From Catajapyx aquilonaris (lineage: Eukaryota), in NCBI GenBank assembly GCA_000934665.2, contig KZ538138.1, forward strand, positions 62,001-117,414: a stretch of 55,414 nt of DNA, in the 5' to 3' direction. The position numbers and the translations under genes are program-made. Below the pieces are notes generated by a model. The model was not told where the DNA came from and did no database searches. It saw only the letters and a list, made by a program, of their open reading frames with translations. Each line of letters opens with the position of its first letter. The first letter of the stretch is position 1. Positions 36,086-49,900 of the stretch are shown one piece after another.

Positions 36086-39000
36086 TACGACACCGCGACG
36101 TTCTTCCCATCAACGGATCAAGTGCCCTTGGTCCAACACTGTCTCATTTGGTAGCCGGTGTAGATTGATGGAGAGATATCAGGGGGTTATCGGCTGTTGT
36201 CTGGATGGCGTCCGGAAGGAGAATTGGGGGTAATCGGGCCTCCGCACGCGAGGCCGACACTACAAACTCGTATTTATAGATTTCGGCCATTGGCCAACAG
36301 CGGGCGCGCGGATATGCCTGGGCCTTCCAAGCCAACTCTGCAGAACAGTTGTTGTGTTCCTTTCCACTTTCTTGCGTTTCCTTTTATTTGTTTCGCCACG
36401 GCTGCTCCTGGAGATTAGGTTCCTGCAACTGTTCCACGCTGATGACTCGTACAATTGCAGTCGACCTCCCTCGGATTACGCTTGGGGAGGCTTCCGCTGT
36501 TCTCTAAACGCGGGTCAATTTTTCCGCCTCCTCGTGTCCATTACATTCCTTCCGAACACTTTATCACTTTTCTCCAGAAACCTTTTTTTGGGGGGGATGT
36601 CCAGAGGAAGGACCCTAAACTGTTGCGAATTGTACAATTTGTGTCGTCCGTCTCAGGATTGCGTTCTCAGATTGGCACAACTTGATTTCTGAACCCCCCC
36701 AACAACCGGCACTTGAGTGACCCCTAGAGAAGTTCTAGCAGGATATTGCCCATAGTCTGTTCCGATTGCCCCCCGTGTAGTAAAGTTAATGGAGCTGAAA
36801 CGTTAGTCCTTCGCTTTATGGGGAGTGCTAGAACATACTTTCAATAGTCCAGTTTTTGCGTCCGCTCTCAAGTACGTGTAAAATATGTAACTTTCAGTTG
36901 GTACATACCCAGTACAATAATGTATGACGACGTGATGGAGCAGGACCATACTCTATTAAAATGTATAGTACTTTCCGAGAGACGGCACCTGCATAATAGA
37001 GAAGAAAGTCTGTGCGAGTTAGGTGAAGAGGGTGTGCTGCATGTAACTCTGGTTAGCGAGCCAGCCACTTAGCAGATAATTGAGGAATTAGAATTAATCG
37101 CCAGGTGTACGTGTTGAAACGAGTGCAAGTGTTTCGTGACGGCGCTTTCATCGAGGCAGAGATCGCAGGAGAAGCAGGCAGCACGTTCGCAGGTAGTTAG
37201 TCCACTTTTCAATTGGGCAGAAATCAATGCATTGCCAGAGAAAGAGAGAGAGAGAAGGGGGAAGGAAGGAGAAGGAGGAAGAAGGAGGGAAAAGGGGGTA
37301 GGAGGAAAAGAAAGTATAGAGGGCGCTAATTACGGAAGGGCCGAGCCCGCTAACCTTTGCGTGACTGGGAGTTAGTTCGGAAGGGAATGACCCCCCCCCC
37401 CCTGCCCTACTACCTTCCCCACCCCTCTTCCGCCCCCATCTCCCCACTCCTCCTGCCCCCACCAGGCTGGCTTCTCGCCATGGAAATTGCCCAACACGTT
37501 CGCTGGAAACCTGCTGGCTTCCCAAACCAAGTACTGCTGTCTTTAGCCATCAAAGGTTAACACTACACTGTTTCAAAGTTATTTTACAGTGAAATTTCCG
37601 TTATTCATGTATTACAGGCCCTCTGTTAAATAACTGAGCTATTAGACTGTATAAAAACATTATAAGCATGATGCTAGTTATGTGCAGGGCCAGTAATCAG
37701 CGCAAAATTTTCACCATAAGTTCACTTACATATGGCCATTACTTCAATTACGGAACTAGGCACGGTGTATTTGCTCGCGTCATGTTTTTAATTCCACATG
37801 TGTACAAGCTGGACACTGACGAGTGGTTTGATCGATTAAAATTCTGCATTGGTGCCTACAGTGGGAATTTTAAACAAATATTTACCGTTTGTGCAGAGAT
37901 GTGCAAGGAATAACCCGATAAAAACAAATAAAACGCTAATCAGTGTCCTAGTTTGGAGCTTTTTGCAACATTATATCGCCTCATTTCAAACTGCGATCAG
38001 GTGTATACATGTTTATTAACATATGCAGACGCGAATTTTATTGCTGTTTTGTGCACTGTAGACGAAACGTATTAGATGGAAAAAAGAATCCGGCTTTAAT
38101 TAATGGCACGCGGACAAGCCGTGTGGTATATCCTGCCTAAGAGAACATTTCGTAACAACTTGTCCTGGTAATAGCCCTCGTGTGAGCAGACTTTGTAACT
38201 GGCACTTCTGATTAATAGTTACCGTATTGATTGCTCGTGGATTTGCACACGGCCGTGGAAACGTGGAGAAACGAGTCGATTGCACAAAGGCTAGGTATAA
38301 AACAGGTGAAAGGAAAGAAAAACATGTCACACACGCCACTTTTAACTTTATAAAAAATTCATGTATGCAGTCAGCAATAATTGTCAGCAAAACCAACACA
38401 CAGCGAGTGCATGAAATGTCAGCCATCTTTGATGACAGGCATCACAACCAATCAAATTCGTATGCCAGATGGCGCTTGCGCAGGCGCAGATCCAGCAGTG
38501 TCTAATGGTTGCTAATGACGTTAGGCAGCGAACAGGCCTCAAAGTCCGCCGCAGCAGCCCGTGGCCTTAATTCCAGGCAAGCCGAGAGAAATGGCCGCCT
38601 TGGCCTGCGGACTTGACCGCAAACTCTGTCCTTTATCACTTTGCTTGCGCTTCCAGTCACTTCATTACTTTTCCGAGCCGAAGTCTGTTCCACACCCAGA
38701 AACAGTTCCAATATCTTTCCCCCTCCTGTATATCCTCATTCCTAATGCAAGACAAATTGTAGACTTTGCTGGAACAATCGCGACCGAATACTCACTAATA
38801 CTGCTCCCACTGATCATAGGGTTGTAGTGAACTAGGCCCTGAATTACCACTGCCTTATCATCAAAGCTATCGTGCCGCTTCGATTTACAATATTAAGAGT
38901 GTCTTTGCTGCATATTTGCGAACACGAATTACTCGTTTGGTAACTGTGTCTGGAACACTAGTTTTCAAGAATTCATATGGAGAACGCACAATTGTGGTCC

Positions 39001-39956
39001 TCCATGTACTATGACCCAAACAAGGATTGTCGCGGGTTATCCTGGCTTGATGCAACCCATTGCACTGGTGTACATTGTGTGTGTCCACAAGCGAGGATGA
39101 TAGTATATTCTGAAAAGTTTCAACGCTGCTTCGTTGTCTGTTGTTCGTGGCCAATATTTCATTTCATTACCTCACAAGCCCAGAGCTGCTTCGTATTCCC
39201 GTATGCATGTGGGAAAAAGGCGGTAATTTAGGTGTCAATGATATGTGTAGTCTCCTCCGGGTGAAGCCATCGCGTGCATACCCTGAGACTAAGGATCGGC
39301 CCTGGGTGTTTTGAGTATATGGAAGCATGTAACCTGAATAATGTATTTTGCTGGCTTGCAAAATAATGGGTCCGTGGTTAGCCAGCCGGTTGGCTGTCGC
39401 GTCTACTCTTTCGTATAGCCTCTGCTCCTCTTTCCCATGGGGTCGCAAGCATCCCATCGAGTCTCTCCAATTCCACTCGCTCGTCCCTTCTCTTTCTGAC
39501 AGCTCTATTATGTGAGCCGCCTGTTCCTTTCTGAAGCGGGGCACACGGCCCGGACACGGAAATCGGTGGGAAAAATTGCTGGGCTGAAGAAGGAGGAATG
39601 GCGCAGGTTATTAGAGACTGCTCCGGCGGGGGCTTGCTCAAATTGACAATCTACTAGCTTGCCCAATTCACACGCCCTTTTTCTTTTTGTTTCGATATTT
39701 GGGGGGAGACGTCCTGGTGTTTATGGCCGTATGAGTAGGGGGACAGCTAGCTTGGATTAGGCTTATGGGTGACGAAAAGTGAAGATGCGATTCAGGCGAC
39801 GCCATGCGGTCGGTGAAGGTGGATGAAGGGACTGCCACCAGGGGCAGGGTGGTACAATTCATAATGAATGTTCTGAATCTGATGGTGTCCCATAACGTTA
39901 TATTTCCTGCTTTTCAGAGTTGTCCAGCGTGGACGCAGAGGTTGGGATGAGTGTTC

Positions 39957-39999
39957 ATGGACGTGGATAAGAGCGCAGAGGACAGCTCGCTGCCGACAG
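39957..39999 (+). CDS. Candidate first coding segment (MDVDKSAEDSSLPT, phase 1) in an 82-nt exon 39918-39999; product unknown
   Basis: Strong acceptor TTTCCTGCTTTTCAG| ending at 39917 and donor CAG|GTAATT at 40000. The ATG at 39957 has an in-frame TGA three codons upstream. A different frame is also open across the whole exon. No homology recognised. Confidence 0.35.
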
Positions 40000-40090
40000 G
40001 TAATTAGTCGCGTCTGTTCTCTCTCGACAACCTAATGCCGCCCATTTTGTGTTTCTGTAGGGCATGAAAAAAATATTTTCCTAGTCCACC

Positions 40091-40159
40091 NNNNNNNNNN
40101 NNNNNNNNNNNNNNNNNNNNNNNNNNNNNNNNNNNNNNNNNNNNNNNNNNNNNNNNNNN
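40091..40159. other. Assembly gap (69 N)
   Basis: Run of N adjoining a poly-C tract. Confidence 0.99.
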
Positions 40160-43100
40160 CCCCCCCCCCCCCCAAAAAAAAATCGTCTCTATGAGATAGC
40201 AACAATGTTTCTAGCTCTGTGATTGCACTTTCCATTGCAACCAGTTTAGGCTACATAAATTATTTCGCATCTGCGACCTTGTAAAAAAAAGGAGCCCGTA
40301 AGCGCTATGTGACATACCGGCCTGGTCAAGCCTAGTGAATGGATTACTCTTTTTTAGCCAGACGCGACTCTTGAATATTGCAGGCATTCCCAACTAATAC
40401 ATGAAGCCTGCTGCCCCGCAGTCTGTCAGGGCCTTGCAAAGTTGCATCGTAGAGCTGCGGGTGCGCAAAGAGATTGGTATTAATTAACCGACTGCACAGT
40501 GTAGATCGATAAGAAACCTCATTAACTGCACTAGGCCAATAATCTGTCTTCGCGCATGCTAATAAACCCTTTGTTAACAGTCTAATACCGCGCGCCCTCC
40601 CTTTTGTATAGAATCCTCTGTGTCTACACCTACGTGTAATGTAGTCATTCACATGGAGGCAAACACGCCATTTCAATCAATTCCTGAAGCGTCCCCCCCT
40701 ATGGAACACCAAAGCAATTCATTTTTAATGCGTTTTTTAGAAGGGGAATTCCCGATAGGACTGGGTGCTGGGCACACCCGTGCGTGGCCCCGACATCCAT
40801 TTGATCGAATTCCCAGCAGGGTGCGTTGATGGCTGCTGAAGAGTGTGGTACCAAAGAATGGCCTCCAGACTTCGTTTTCCGCCCACTTGATTCGGGCTGG
40901 TGGCAGACGGCCCCGAGTCGCAAATATAGCTTGTTAACTGACACGCACAGCTGTAAATTCATTACTCCGGGGCAGTCGAGCTACGCGTATATGTGCTGAG
41001 AGGGTGAGGCAGTCAAGTATATTGTGCGTGGTTCTGCGGGATGGAAATATTTCAAGTGACATGTGTACTATTACGAACTGGCAGACTGGCTGAAATCCGG
41101 GAGATGTAACGGTATTGGAATTTTTTGTAAAAAGTGATGAGCATTCATGCCTATTCGCGCAGTGCAGATTATAAGCTAACAAGTAATAGTGGCTTCCAGG
41201 ATTTTGAATAAAAAATGGATTCACCTTGCTGGTTAATCTGATTTAAATTTTTTTGGAAACGTTCACTGTACACGCTCATAATTAAATCTGTAAGTTATGC
41301 AGTTTGCTAGCCCGTGTAACGATTTCTAATATGAGGAATGTAGCGTACAGGCCCCTTCTGTACAGTATGGCCCGCAGAGAGTGCGTATAAAAACATGTTT
41401 ATAATGCGGCGGAAAGGCACGAAGAGCTGGAGAGTACAGGTATAGCAGCACTTCCGGTGCACTTGGTCACCCCCGAGTAATACGGGAGTGTTGTCGGGTT
41501 ACGCTTCGGAATCCTGTAGTGCACATCAGTGTATGCGGCCTGACCCGAAACAAATACCAGCCAGTTTCAGCCAATGCTTGTAACTATCGATTGCTCGTAT
41601 GTGTTCCATCATATCGGATCGCTTGACTGGGAATCGGGACACCGACATATAGGCCGGGCCTAATTGAAAAGTGCTTTATTTGGTGCGGGTGCGGGTATGT
41701 TCTCTGGTGACATTGGTTAGGGAATGCCCTCTTTTTTTAAAAAAGGCTGGAGGGTACTGTAAAGGCAAAACGCGATAATGATGATGATACCAGGGAAAAG
41801 GGAGGAAGGAAGGAAGGCTTAGACTACTACCACCTTCCACTCCAGCTCTCTGGTATACTTTGCGAGGGATCGATAGAAGCAATGCATACACAACGCTTAG
41901 AATGGTTGAGCCATCTCGGCGGGGGTTTTACATGCAGATCAGCGGGCGAGACGAGCAGGAAGGCCAAATCTCTCGTCCCCTTAACCCGACGCCTTCTTGC
42001 ACTTTATTTCCGCAAGGGGAAACTCGATGAATTATGGAAGCGGAGATAGGGTGCCGGGGCTCTATATACGGTGGACGTGGGGAGGGAGCCAGGAAAAGAG
42101 GGCTGTTGCAGCATCCTCGTTACACGTAATTGGCGATCCGGGTTGCCAACCTGCTGGTACACCCAGCATAGACTTCAAGATGTTGTTTATAGAGCTCCTA
42201 CCCAAGTAAGCGGGGGGGCCTAAATATGGCGGCGCGCAACGGTCGTAAAGGTCATTTTGTGACGGTTGTGTGGAGGCGGGCAGGTATTGCCTGTAATTGG
42301 ATTCGGCACTAAGTAGGATTGCCGGAATCTCTCCAACTGACCCCAGCTGTCAACTGCGCCATGTTGTTTTGTGTGCTTTTTTGGGTGGGCGACACTCCGG
42401 AGCCTGGTGCTTTTTTGCGTGTTGGCTCCGAGAACATTTGTATTGCCCACTCCTGGCAAAAATAACAGCGTGTGTCCTCGGGTCACCTGCTCTCCATGCC
42501 CGTGAAAAAATGTTATGACAGCAAATACCAACCGCTGTTGCCTCCAGAGGGTTTGTTCCAGGCATTTTGCACTGCTTCGGGTCACTCAGGCCTCTCTCTC
42601 CCTGGGAGGAAAGTGTGGACCGGATGTAACGGGTGTCGGGACTGTTTTGGTCCGGGCGTGGGGGGTTTTTATTTACTGCTACGGGTGTCATCCCCATGCT
42701 ACGGGGTTGTGGATGCCACATTTACGGGAATGTAAGTCTAGCAGTTCACACGCTGTGGGACAGTGGTGTACAGAATTTTGTGGAATATTGGGGCTGGAAT
42801 TGCTCTCAGTGGCAGGGATTGGCAGGCTTGGTAGAAAAGACAAACAGTTTTTTGGCAGAAAAGAACTGCAGATGAAGGAAAATGTGCAGAATATTTTTCC
42901 GGTTTAGAAAATAACATTAGAGCCAAATGTGTCGCCATTTGTAAGGAAACAAATCCGTCAAAGTGACATTGAGTGAGTGGTGTTTTGACGCAGAATGAAG
43001 AGAAAGTGCGATTTGGTGGCACGTATGTAGTGGCTTTTAAAAAAATGTAAGCCATTTTGTACGAATGTACTTAAGTAGTTATTCATGCGTTATTTACTGT

Positions 43101-43849
43101 ACAAAACTATGCTTAATAACTGAAATTACTAGTACTTCAGTATGCTTCATGTACAGTACACGCACCTATAGTGAGGGTTATTACTAACCTGTTACTACGT
43201 GAACTGTCACATATACCTCCCATGAGGAAAACATTACTTCTCCACAGAATCTATTGACCTCCTCACTTATTCATAGCCGTTGCATACTATCGTTAATTAA
43301 GCAACGCCACGCATTAAATTAATTAAATCCCAGCATAGGTGCAACAGATTAATAATTAGCATTTTGATCAACCTGTGGCTACACCTATTTGAAACATTGA
43401 ACAGACGCCCCGGGAAATTAATACCACCCGTTCACATAAAGAGGCCAGGTCGCCAGTTCCCCAAAGTCGCCCACCGACCTAAGCTCCAATCCCGAGCTCG
43501 GAGAAATTGCCAGTTGAATCGCTCACTCAGCCAAAACAAGGTAATCCGATCTCTCGCCTTTTCACTTGCTGCTGTGACTACTAGAGAGCGCTGGCTGAGA
43601 TTAAAGCAACGCCCTCTGTTCTAAAGAAAAAAAGAAATACGGTGGGGGTGCAGCAGCCGGCACACAACTCTAACATTTCCTAATGATTTCTGACGCCTTT
43701 GGAAATCCTTGACATTTATTGCCGGCTGCTAGAGAGGATCGAGCTGCTTTTTAAAGAGGCTTCGCCTTTTGATTGGCATTTATGGGCTGTACCCTGCAGG
43801 GGATTGAAGCCTCTTCTAGACTTTGAAGAGAAAAAAAGCAGAATTGGGT

Positions 43850-43964
43850 TCAGCCTGTACCTGGCTGGTTGTGCGTCAGCCTGTACCTGGCTGGTTGTGC
43901 GTCAGCCTGTACCTGGCTGGTTGTGCGTCAGCCTGTACCTATAGCTGGTTGTGGGTCAGCCTGT
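43850..43964. repeat. 26-bp minisatellite, about 4.3 copies
   Basis: Unit TCAGCCTGTACCTGGCTGGTTGTGCG: three identical copies, one variant copy and a partial copy. Confidence 0.95.
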
Positions 43965-46886
43965 GGTAGGATATATGCATGGTCAGTTGGGATGTGGTAG
44001 GTCGGGATGATGTGGGGTGGGGTGGGCTTAGGTACAGAATTGATAACGACCCGTGTAATCAGGGATGCAAGGCAGCAGGCGTTTCCATTCGCTGCACTTT
44101 CGCAGCCGCCAGGAGCAGCACGCTCTCTGTTTCCGATGCCCATGCCGATTCCATTTGCCAAAATATCCTACGCTAATTAGAAACTATGTGCGAATTCCTC
44201 ACTGTAGCCTCCTCCGGATTGGCATGACCTACCTTGAACACTAGAGTGTACTGGCTCCACAGTGTTTCAGTCTGGCGATGTGGTTGTGGGGAAATATACC
44301 TACCACCTTTCCGCCAGGAAATTCATTGTAAAGTGGCTAGGATGGTGGGGTTGGGAAGCGCCAAGTCTGCAGGGCCGGGGAAATAGGAATATTGCGTGTT
44401 TTGCAAGCGGAATTGTCGCCATTGGAAGCGGAGCACCGTCGACTGCAGATAAGGTCACCTTTCTGCACCGGAGCTTGAGTTCACTGTCAACCAGACATCC
44501 GCTTAAATTGCTTTGCATGCCCGACTGGGACAATGGCGCCAAAGTTTCCTCTCTGAGCGGTTAATGTGCGGGTTGGGGAGAGGCGAAGTGCTTGCCGAAA
44601 AGGGAGGTGCACCCCCCCTCTGTTGCCAGAGTCAACAAAAACTGGCCTGCACTATCATTATGCGGTGTAGATTCATACCTACGTGAATCGCCTTTTATTT
44701 CGGGCCTGATAAGAATGTAGGTCAGTCTTTTTTTCCCCTTTCTTTTGAGCAACTTATATATAAACTTTGACTGAATGGGAATCTGTTCCGGTAGGCAAAG
44801 ACTGCAGCGGATCATGTTTTTATGCATATTACACTCTAGTTGTAAAACATGCAAAATATTTGGACATGGATATTTTCGAGTTCATTTCATACCCATTCAT
44901 ATATGGTGTATTTCTATTCGGCATTCCTGGGGATGGGTATAGTGAATAATTTTATACTTTGTGGACAAATCATTTTTTGTCTGTGCATATTTGTGATATT
45001 TACGTGTGCACTAGACGTCGCCCATTAGGACACAGCCAGAATCTCCTCCACGCCCGTTCTATAGCCAACTATTGATTGACAACGCCTTTGGCTTTTTTTT
45101 ACCATCGCCGCTCTCTATTCTCCACTGTTTTTCCTAAATCTCCATTTTGAGCCGGCCCTGACAATATTATTATACTGTCTCTATATAATAATAAAGCTTG
45201 TTGATAGTGATAACTGTGTCGGAGCCGTCCAAAAGTTCGGTCTCCCTAAATATGACGGTGTGTTGAAAAGGGTTTCGGTTTGAATATATGCGTGTGGAAG
45301 GTAGGCTAGGTCAGCAAAGGGGTGGGCATGCCATGCAGGAAGAAGGCTGTTGGCCGGGGATGGAGCCAAAGGGTGGTAGGCTAGCCAGGCATCGATTAGG
45401 GGTTTGCCTCAACTGTGTGGCAACTCCAGGCCAAGATTTTTGCATGTGGACTGGAGGGCAATGTTTGCACATTCATGTCATTAGGACTAACATGGTTCGG
45501 TATGAGGACACCAGATGCCGGCCAAATACGGTTGGAAAGGCGCGTTGTTCAAACATTTTTTCCCCCGTTTGTTAAAAGTGTGCTGTCGCTGGCATGCCAT
45601 ATAATAGTGTGGTGCAGGACCATAATTGCATTAATGTCCTGCAAGCCTAAGACAGTGGGGGGCAGGGAATGTGGAATTATGCATAGGGCAGGTGGCGAGT
45701 CATGCGGAGTCAAGTCCTGTTAGTAGAATGTAATTGGCTTCGGAGCACACGTTTCTGCTGAGGGAATAATGGCTGCAGGGCGGGGTACACAATAGCTGGT
45801 GAAAAGCGGGCACAAAAGCCTAGTCGACAATACATCACGCGATTGGGAATCGCGCCATTTGTCCTCCCATATATGTGCTCACACTTGTGGGACAGCGTGT
45901 CCTCCACCACCTCTCACCTCCCCGACACTTGGCCAAGTCGCCCATATTTTTCATACGGCCACTTTGCCATTCAAAGGCGTAACAGGGACTGGGTCACTCG
46001 ACCTCAGCAATATTTCTCTGAATATGGGCAGCACTTTGACTCTTAATGATGAGAACGCATGCAGAACGATAAGTCACATTTGGCTTATGCGTTATTTTAT
46101 GCAGTAAAATGTGCATACTGCCGCCTCCACAGTGAGTGCACCGAATATTTGGGTATAAATGACACTGCAGCCTCCCATCCGCAATATCGTCAAAGTATCC
46201 CAAACCAGTCAACCCAAACAGAATAAGAGGACAGTGCATTTGCAGGCTCGTAAATACTGAAACACTGAGTAAATAATTCAGCGTGCTGTTGGAAAAGAGA
46301 AGCGTCTTTTGGACACTCGTTATTCTAACTTGAAAGGCCCGTCCTGTACAGACGCAGCATTCCAGTTGTAATCCTATTTGCAACGATATTTCGAGCTCCA
46401 TTGCCTGTTGACCCCTGACATAGAGACCCAGTTGGCCTAGAGAGAGAATGAAGGCTGGGGAAGAGGAAGTATGAGGATTAAAAATAGTCGGAGCAGCATC
46501 GGAGCAGTCCTCCGGAATACCGATGAGTGGTGCAGTCGTAAAAGGGGGCCGTAAATGATCGGCGTTTGGCTTCGACTCGGGGGCTCTTCACACCGCCTGC
46601 TATAGGTCGGGCCTACTCAAAAGTCGTTGAGTAGTCCTATGGGCAGATGACACTCGCAGGCACCATGCTCTTCACGTTACATGCCCTCTTGCTCATTTCA
46701 TGACGCTACGTGCTGCGGAAAAGTTAAGTCATGATTTGATGTCTGCATGAAGTACACTCATTTGTCTTCTGCGTAAGGAGTTTTCAAGAATGTACTGTGC
46801 TGTCTCACGACTCGCTACAAATCCTGCCGATTCCCTACCAGACACCCCCGCCATCTAGTTGTCACAACGTATAGCGCTGCCCACTT

Positions 46887-46970
46887 CGGTATCTGGACTT
46901 TTCGCCCCCGGCATATTGGTCCGCGTGACAATTTCGCCCCCGGCGTATTCGCCCCCGTGACATATTCCAC
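46887..46970. repeat. Degenerate 15-17-bp tandem repeat, probably a DNA transposon end fragment
   Basis: GGACTTTTCGCCCCC, GGCATATTGGTCCGC, GTGACAATTTCGCCCCC, GGCGTATTCGCCCCC, GTGACATATTCC. No inverted partner found. Confidence 0.5.
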
Positions 46971-49900
46971 TTTGAAGCATTCGGCTGGGCATTTCTAGAG
47001 AAGCGACCTGGCCTTGTGTGTAGCCTGGCAACGACTTCAGGTATCGGTCCTGAATTGATGTCTCTCCGACGTATCTTGCCGGCGTGTTTTGGACAAGTCC
47101 CCAATTTGCGGAAGTGAAGACTAAAAAAAGAGCTGTCGTCGTGCCGAGGTAAAATATTATTGTTGGAGGAACAGAGAGGGGATACGGCGCGGAGTTTTTA
47201 TTAGTCCGCTAGTTTGATGGGGCGATAGTAGTAAGAGTGTGCATTAGGGTTCCCTCTCTGGCTGGCTTGGGCGCAGGAAGAGGCTTGGTTTATGTGCGAA
47301 CGAGGAGGAGAGAAACGGCCGCCGGAGCTTATCACTATCGAAAAACAGTTTGGGATGACAGCTTCGATTTCCACCTCCCCGATCTTTATTGTGGGAGAAA
47401 GCTAGGGCTTCAGGTCCTCTCTCCTTGCCTTCTTTCTTCACCAATTGCATTCTTATAAGCGATTCACCCATATGTTGATAGGAAACACATACGGGTATGT
47501 AAAAAATATTAAGAAAATATCGTCGAGATATCGATATGCGTGATTCGCCTTATCGTGCCTGGCTTTTTAGGAGCAAACCTGGCGTTGCAATTTGAATATT
47601 GCAAAATCAGCTTTCATAGGAGACGGCGGCGCAGACTCTGGTTTATATCCGCCTATCGATTGGCCGGCCAACAGAAGCCCAACAACAAAAAAATAGGACC
47701 GTGTATTATACAGCTCTAATTTTCTTTTCAAATCTCTCTCTCTGTATTTGCGAGTATGGCGAACACGACCATGTGTGGAGAGATGAACAATGTAGGGCAG
47801 TCCAAGTGAAATGGATTTAGCGAGTGGCGTCTGTAGATAGGCCGTGTCTGTCCCTCGGCCTCCTCTTGTGTCCTCGGTTACAAAAGCACCCCACTCCAAT
47901 CATGCTTCACCCACCGGGCGAACTGGGTGACTATCGCAGTCTCGTCTCCCAAGTCCGCACTAATTGCGATTGTCTGCTGCACACAAAGACTATTGCAAAC
48001 CGCACGCTAGGTGCATTGATTTCTTTTTGGGCACGCAGGTAACGGACTGATCCTATTGGTGGTGGGGATAATGAAACGTTGGCTAAACCGGCTCGCATTA
48101 ATAGTAGAGTGTACGGGGGTATCGGACAGAACATTGCTAATAAATATGTAATAAGTAAGGGCTTCATGTGGGAAATCTACGCGGCTAATGATGACATGTT
48201 TGAGAGCGATGTGTGGGACTAATCAGGAATTATGCGTGTGTTGGGGGGGGGAGAATTTCAACACAATTTGCATGTACACTGTAATTCATTTTTGGGTCTA
48301 TATAAAGATAAAACCTGGCCTTATTTTACCTTCGGGAAATGAACCTATTGTTGCTAACAATCGTGACATCAGAGCCTTGACCTCTCATAATTGCTACACT
48401 TCCTCCCTAAAAACTCCGGCTTCCTCCTGATTCTCCCCGTTTTAATTGTTTAGAAGCATGCACGCACGACGAAATGAGCCGTGCCGCTGTTACCACGTAC
48501 AGCTAATTACCCCCCTCTTGTACGAGGCAGCTGTATCTAAATACCATCTTTAGTAAACATTGTGCCCAGATTCTCGTGATAGATGACCATGCCCTCGTTT
48601 TCTGTAGCCCGCCCCCCCCCCCTACCAGCCCGGACTCTGGACGATTGTGAATCTCTCGTGGCTTCTAGTACTAACGTAGAATGGGGCTGGAGTTTACATA
48701 GTTCAGCCAACGGAGAAAAGGAAGTCTTGATTTATTGACTCAAAAGCAGATGCATCGGCGATCCGTGTCGTATTGTACTGGACTCCTTTATGTGGGCCCT
48801 TTTCCGGTTCCTTTGTCAACGGAAAAGTGGACAAAATGGCGGAATAGTGCGTCTAGGGTGGCGGCACCTGGGTAATATGTCTTGTAAATAGAAAGTGGGA
48901 TGCACCGAGCGGGGCGTCATGTAATCTGACAGATCAAACTGCGGTGGTGGCGACATGAATTATCCTGCTGCTCGTGTGGCTAATTCCCTTCGCCACGTAT
49001 TTCACGAAACTATACGTTTTATCGCGCCAGTTCGACGATTCATGAATTCCTCTGTCAACATTTGCCCGGCACTAATAAGCAATGGTCATGGAAGGAGAGG
49101 GGCCTTCGCCATAAATAACCAGTGGGGCCACAACGCTATTGATAACTAACTGCCGGGATCCCGGCAACTCTTCATGCGTGATGTGATGCCTGGCTTGTTG
49201 TTCGGGGACTGATCCGCCTATCATTTTTCGGGTTTAGTTAGCCCTTCCATCCAGGCCATCGGGAAATAGAGGGGGGGTCTATGCCTCGCTCGTGCCTTCC
49301 ATATTATTCACCGTGCCACGCACTATGAATTTTTGTCGATGTTTCAAACCCATATTTTTCAACCGCCCTTACATGCACTGTCAATTTGAGCTTGGCCCTC
49401 ACTTTTGATCAGTTGAACAGGTGGAGGAGTGTGGGCCTGGGGAACAAAGATTATTCTGTGCATGCATGCGTTTGTGCCAGGACATTTGAATGCGTGTTGT
49501 GACACGAATAGTGTGCAAGCCAAGCCAGGTGGAAGAGGGAATAAAACAGAGTTGAGGTTAGGTATAACAACAGTGCCTTGGATATTTGAATTTTTTTGCT
49601 CAGAATAGGATTGATTGAATAGTGTAAGAGCGGCTAGCCTCAATAGGCTGCCACAAACTTATTACAAACCATTCAGCCCACAGTGCCAAGCCCCCAACGC
49701 CATCTACCGGCGATACTCGCAATATACGTACAGTACTTGTATTTGGGCACAACAATAAGACATTTTCATCCAAGGAAATGGTGACAACTCTAACCATCCG
49801 TTCTATATTTACATACGCACACAGACGCCAAAACGTCATGCCTAAAAGCTGTAATTCCGGGTCCCTCCGACTGTCTTGACAACAAGATATTGTCAAATGG

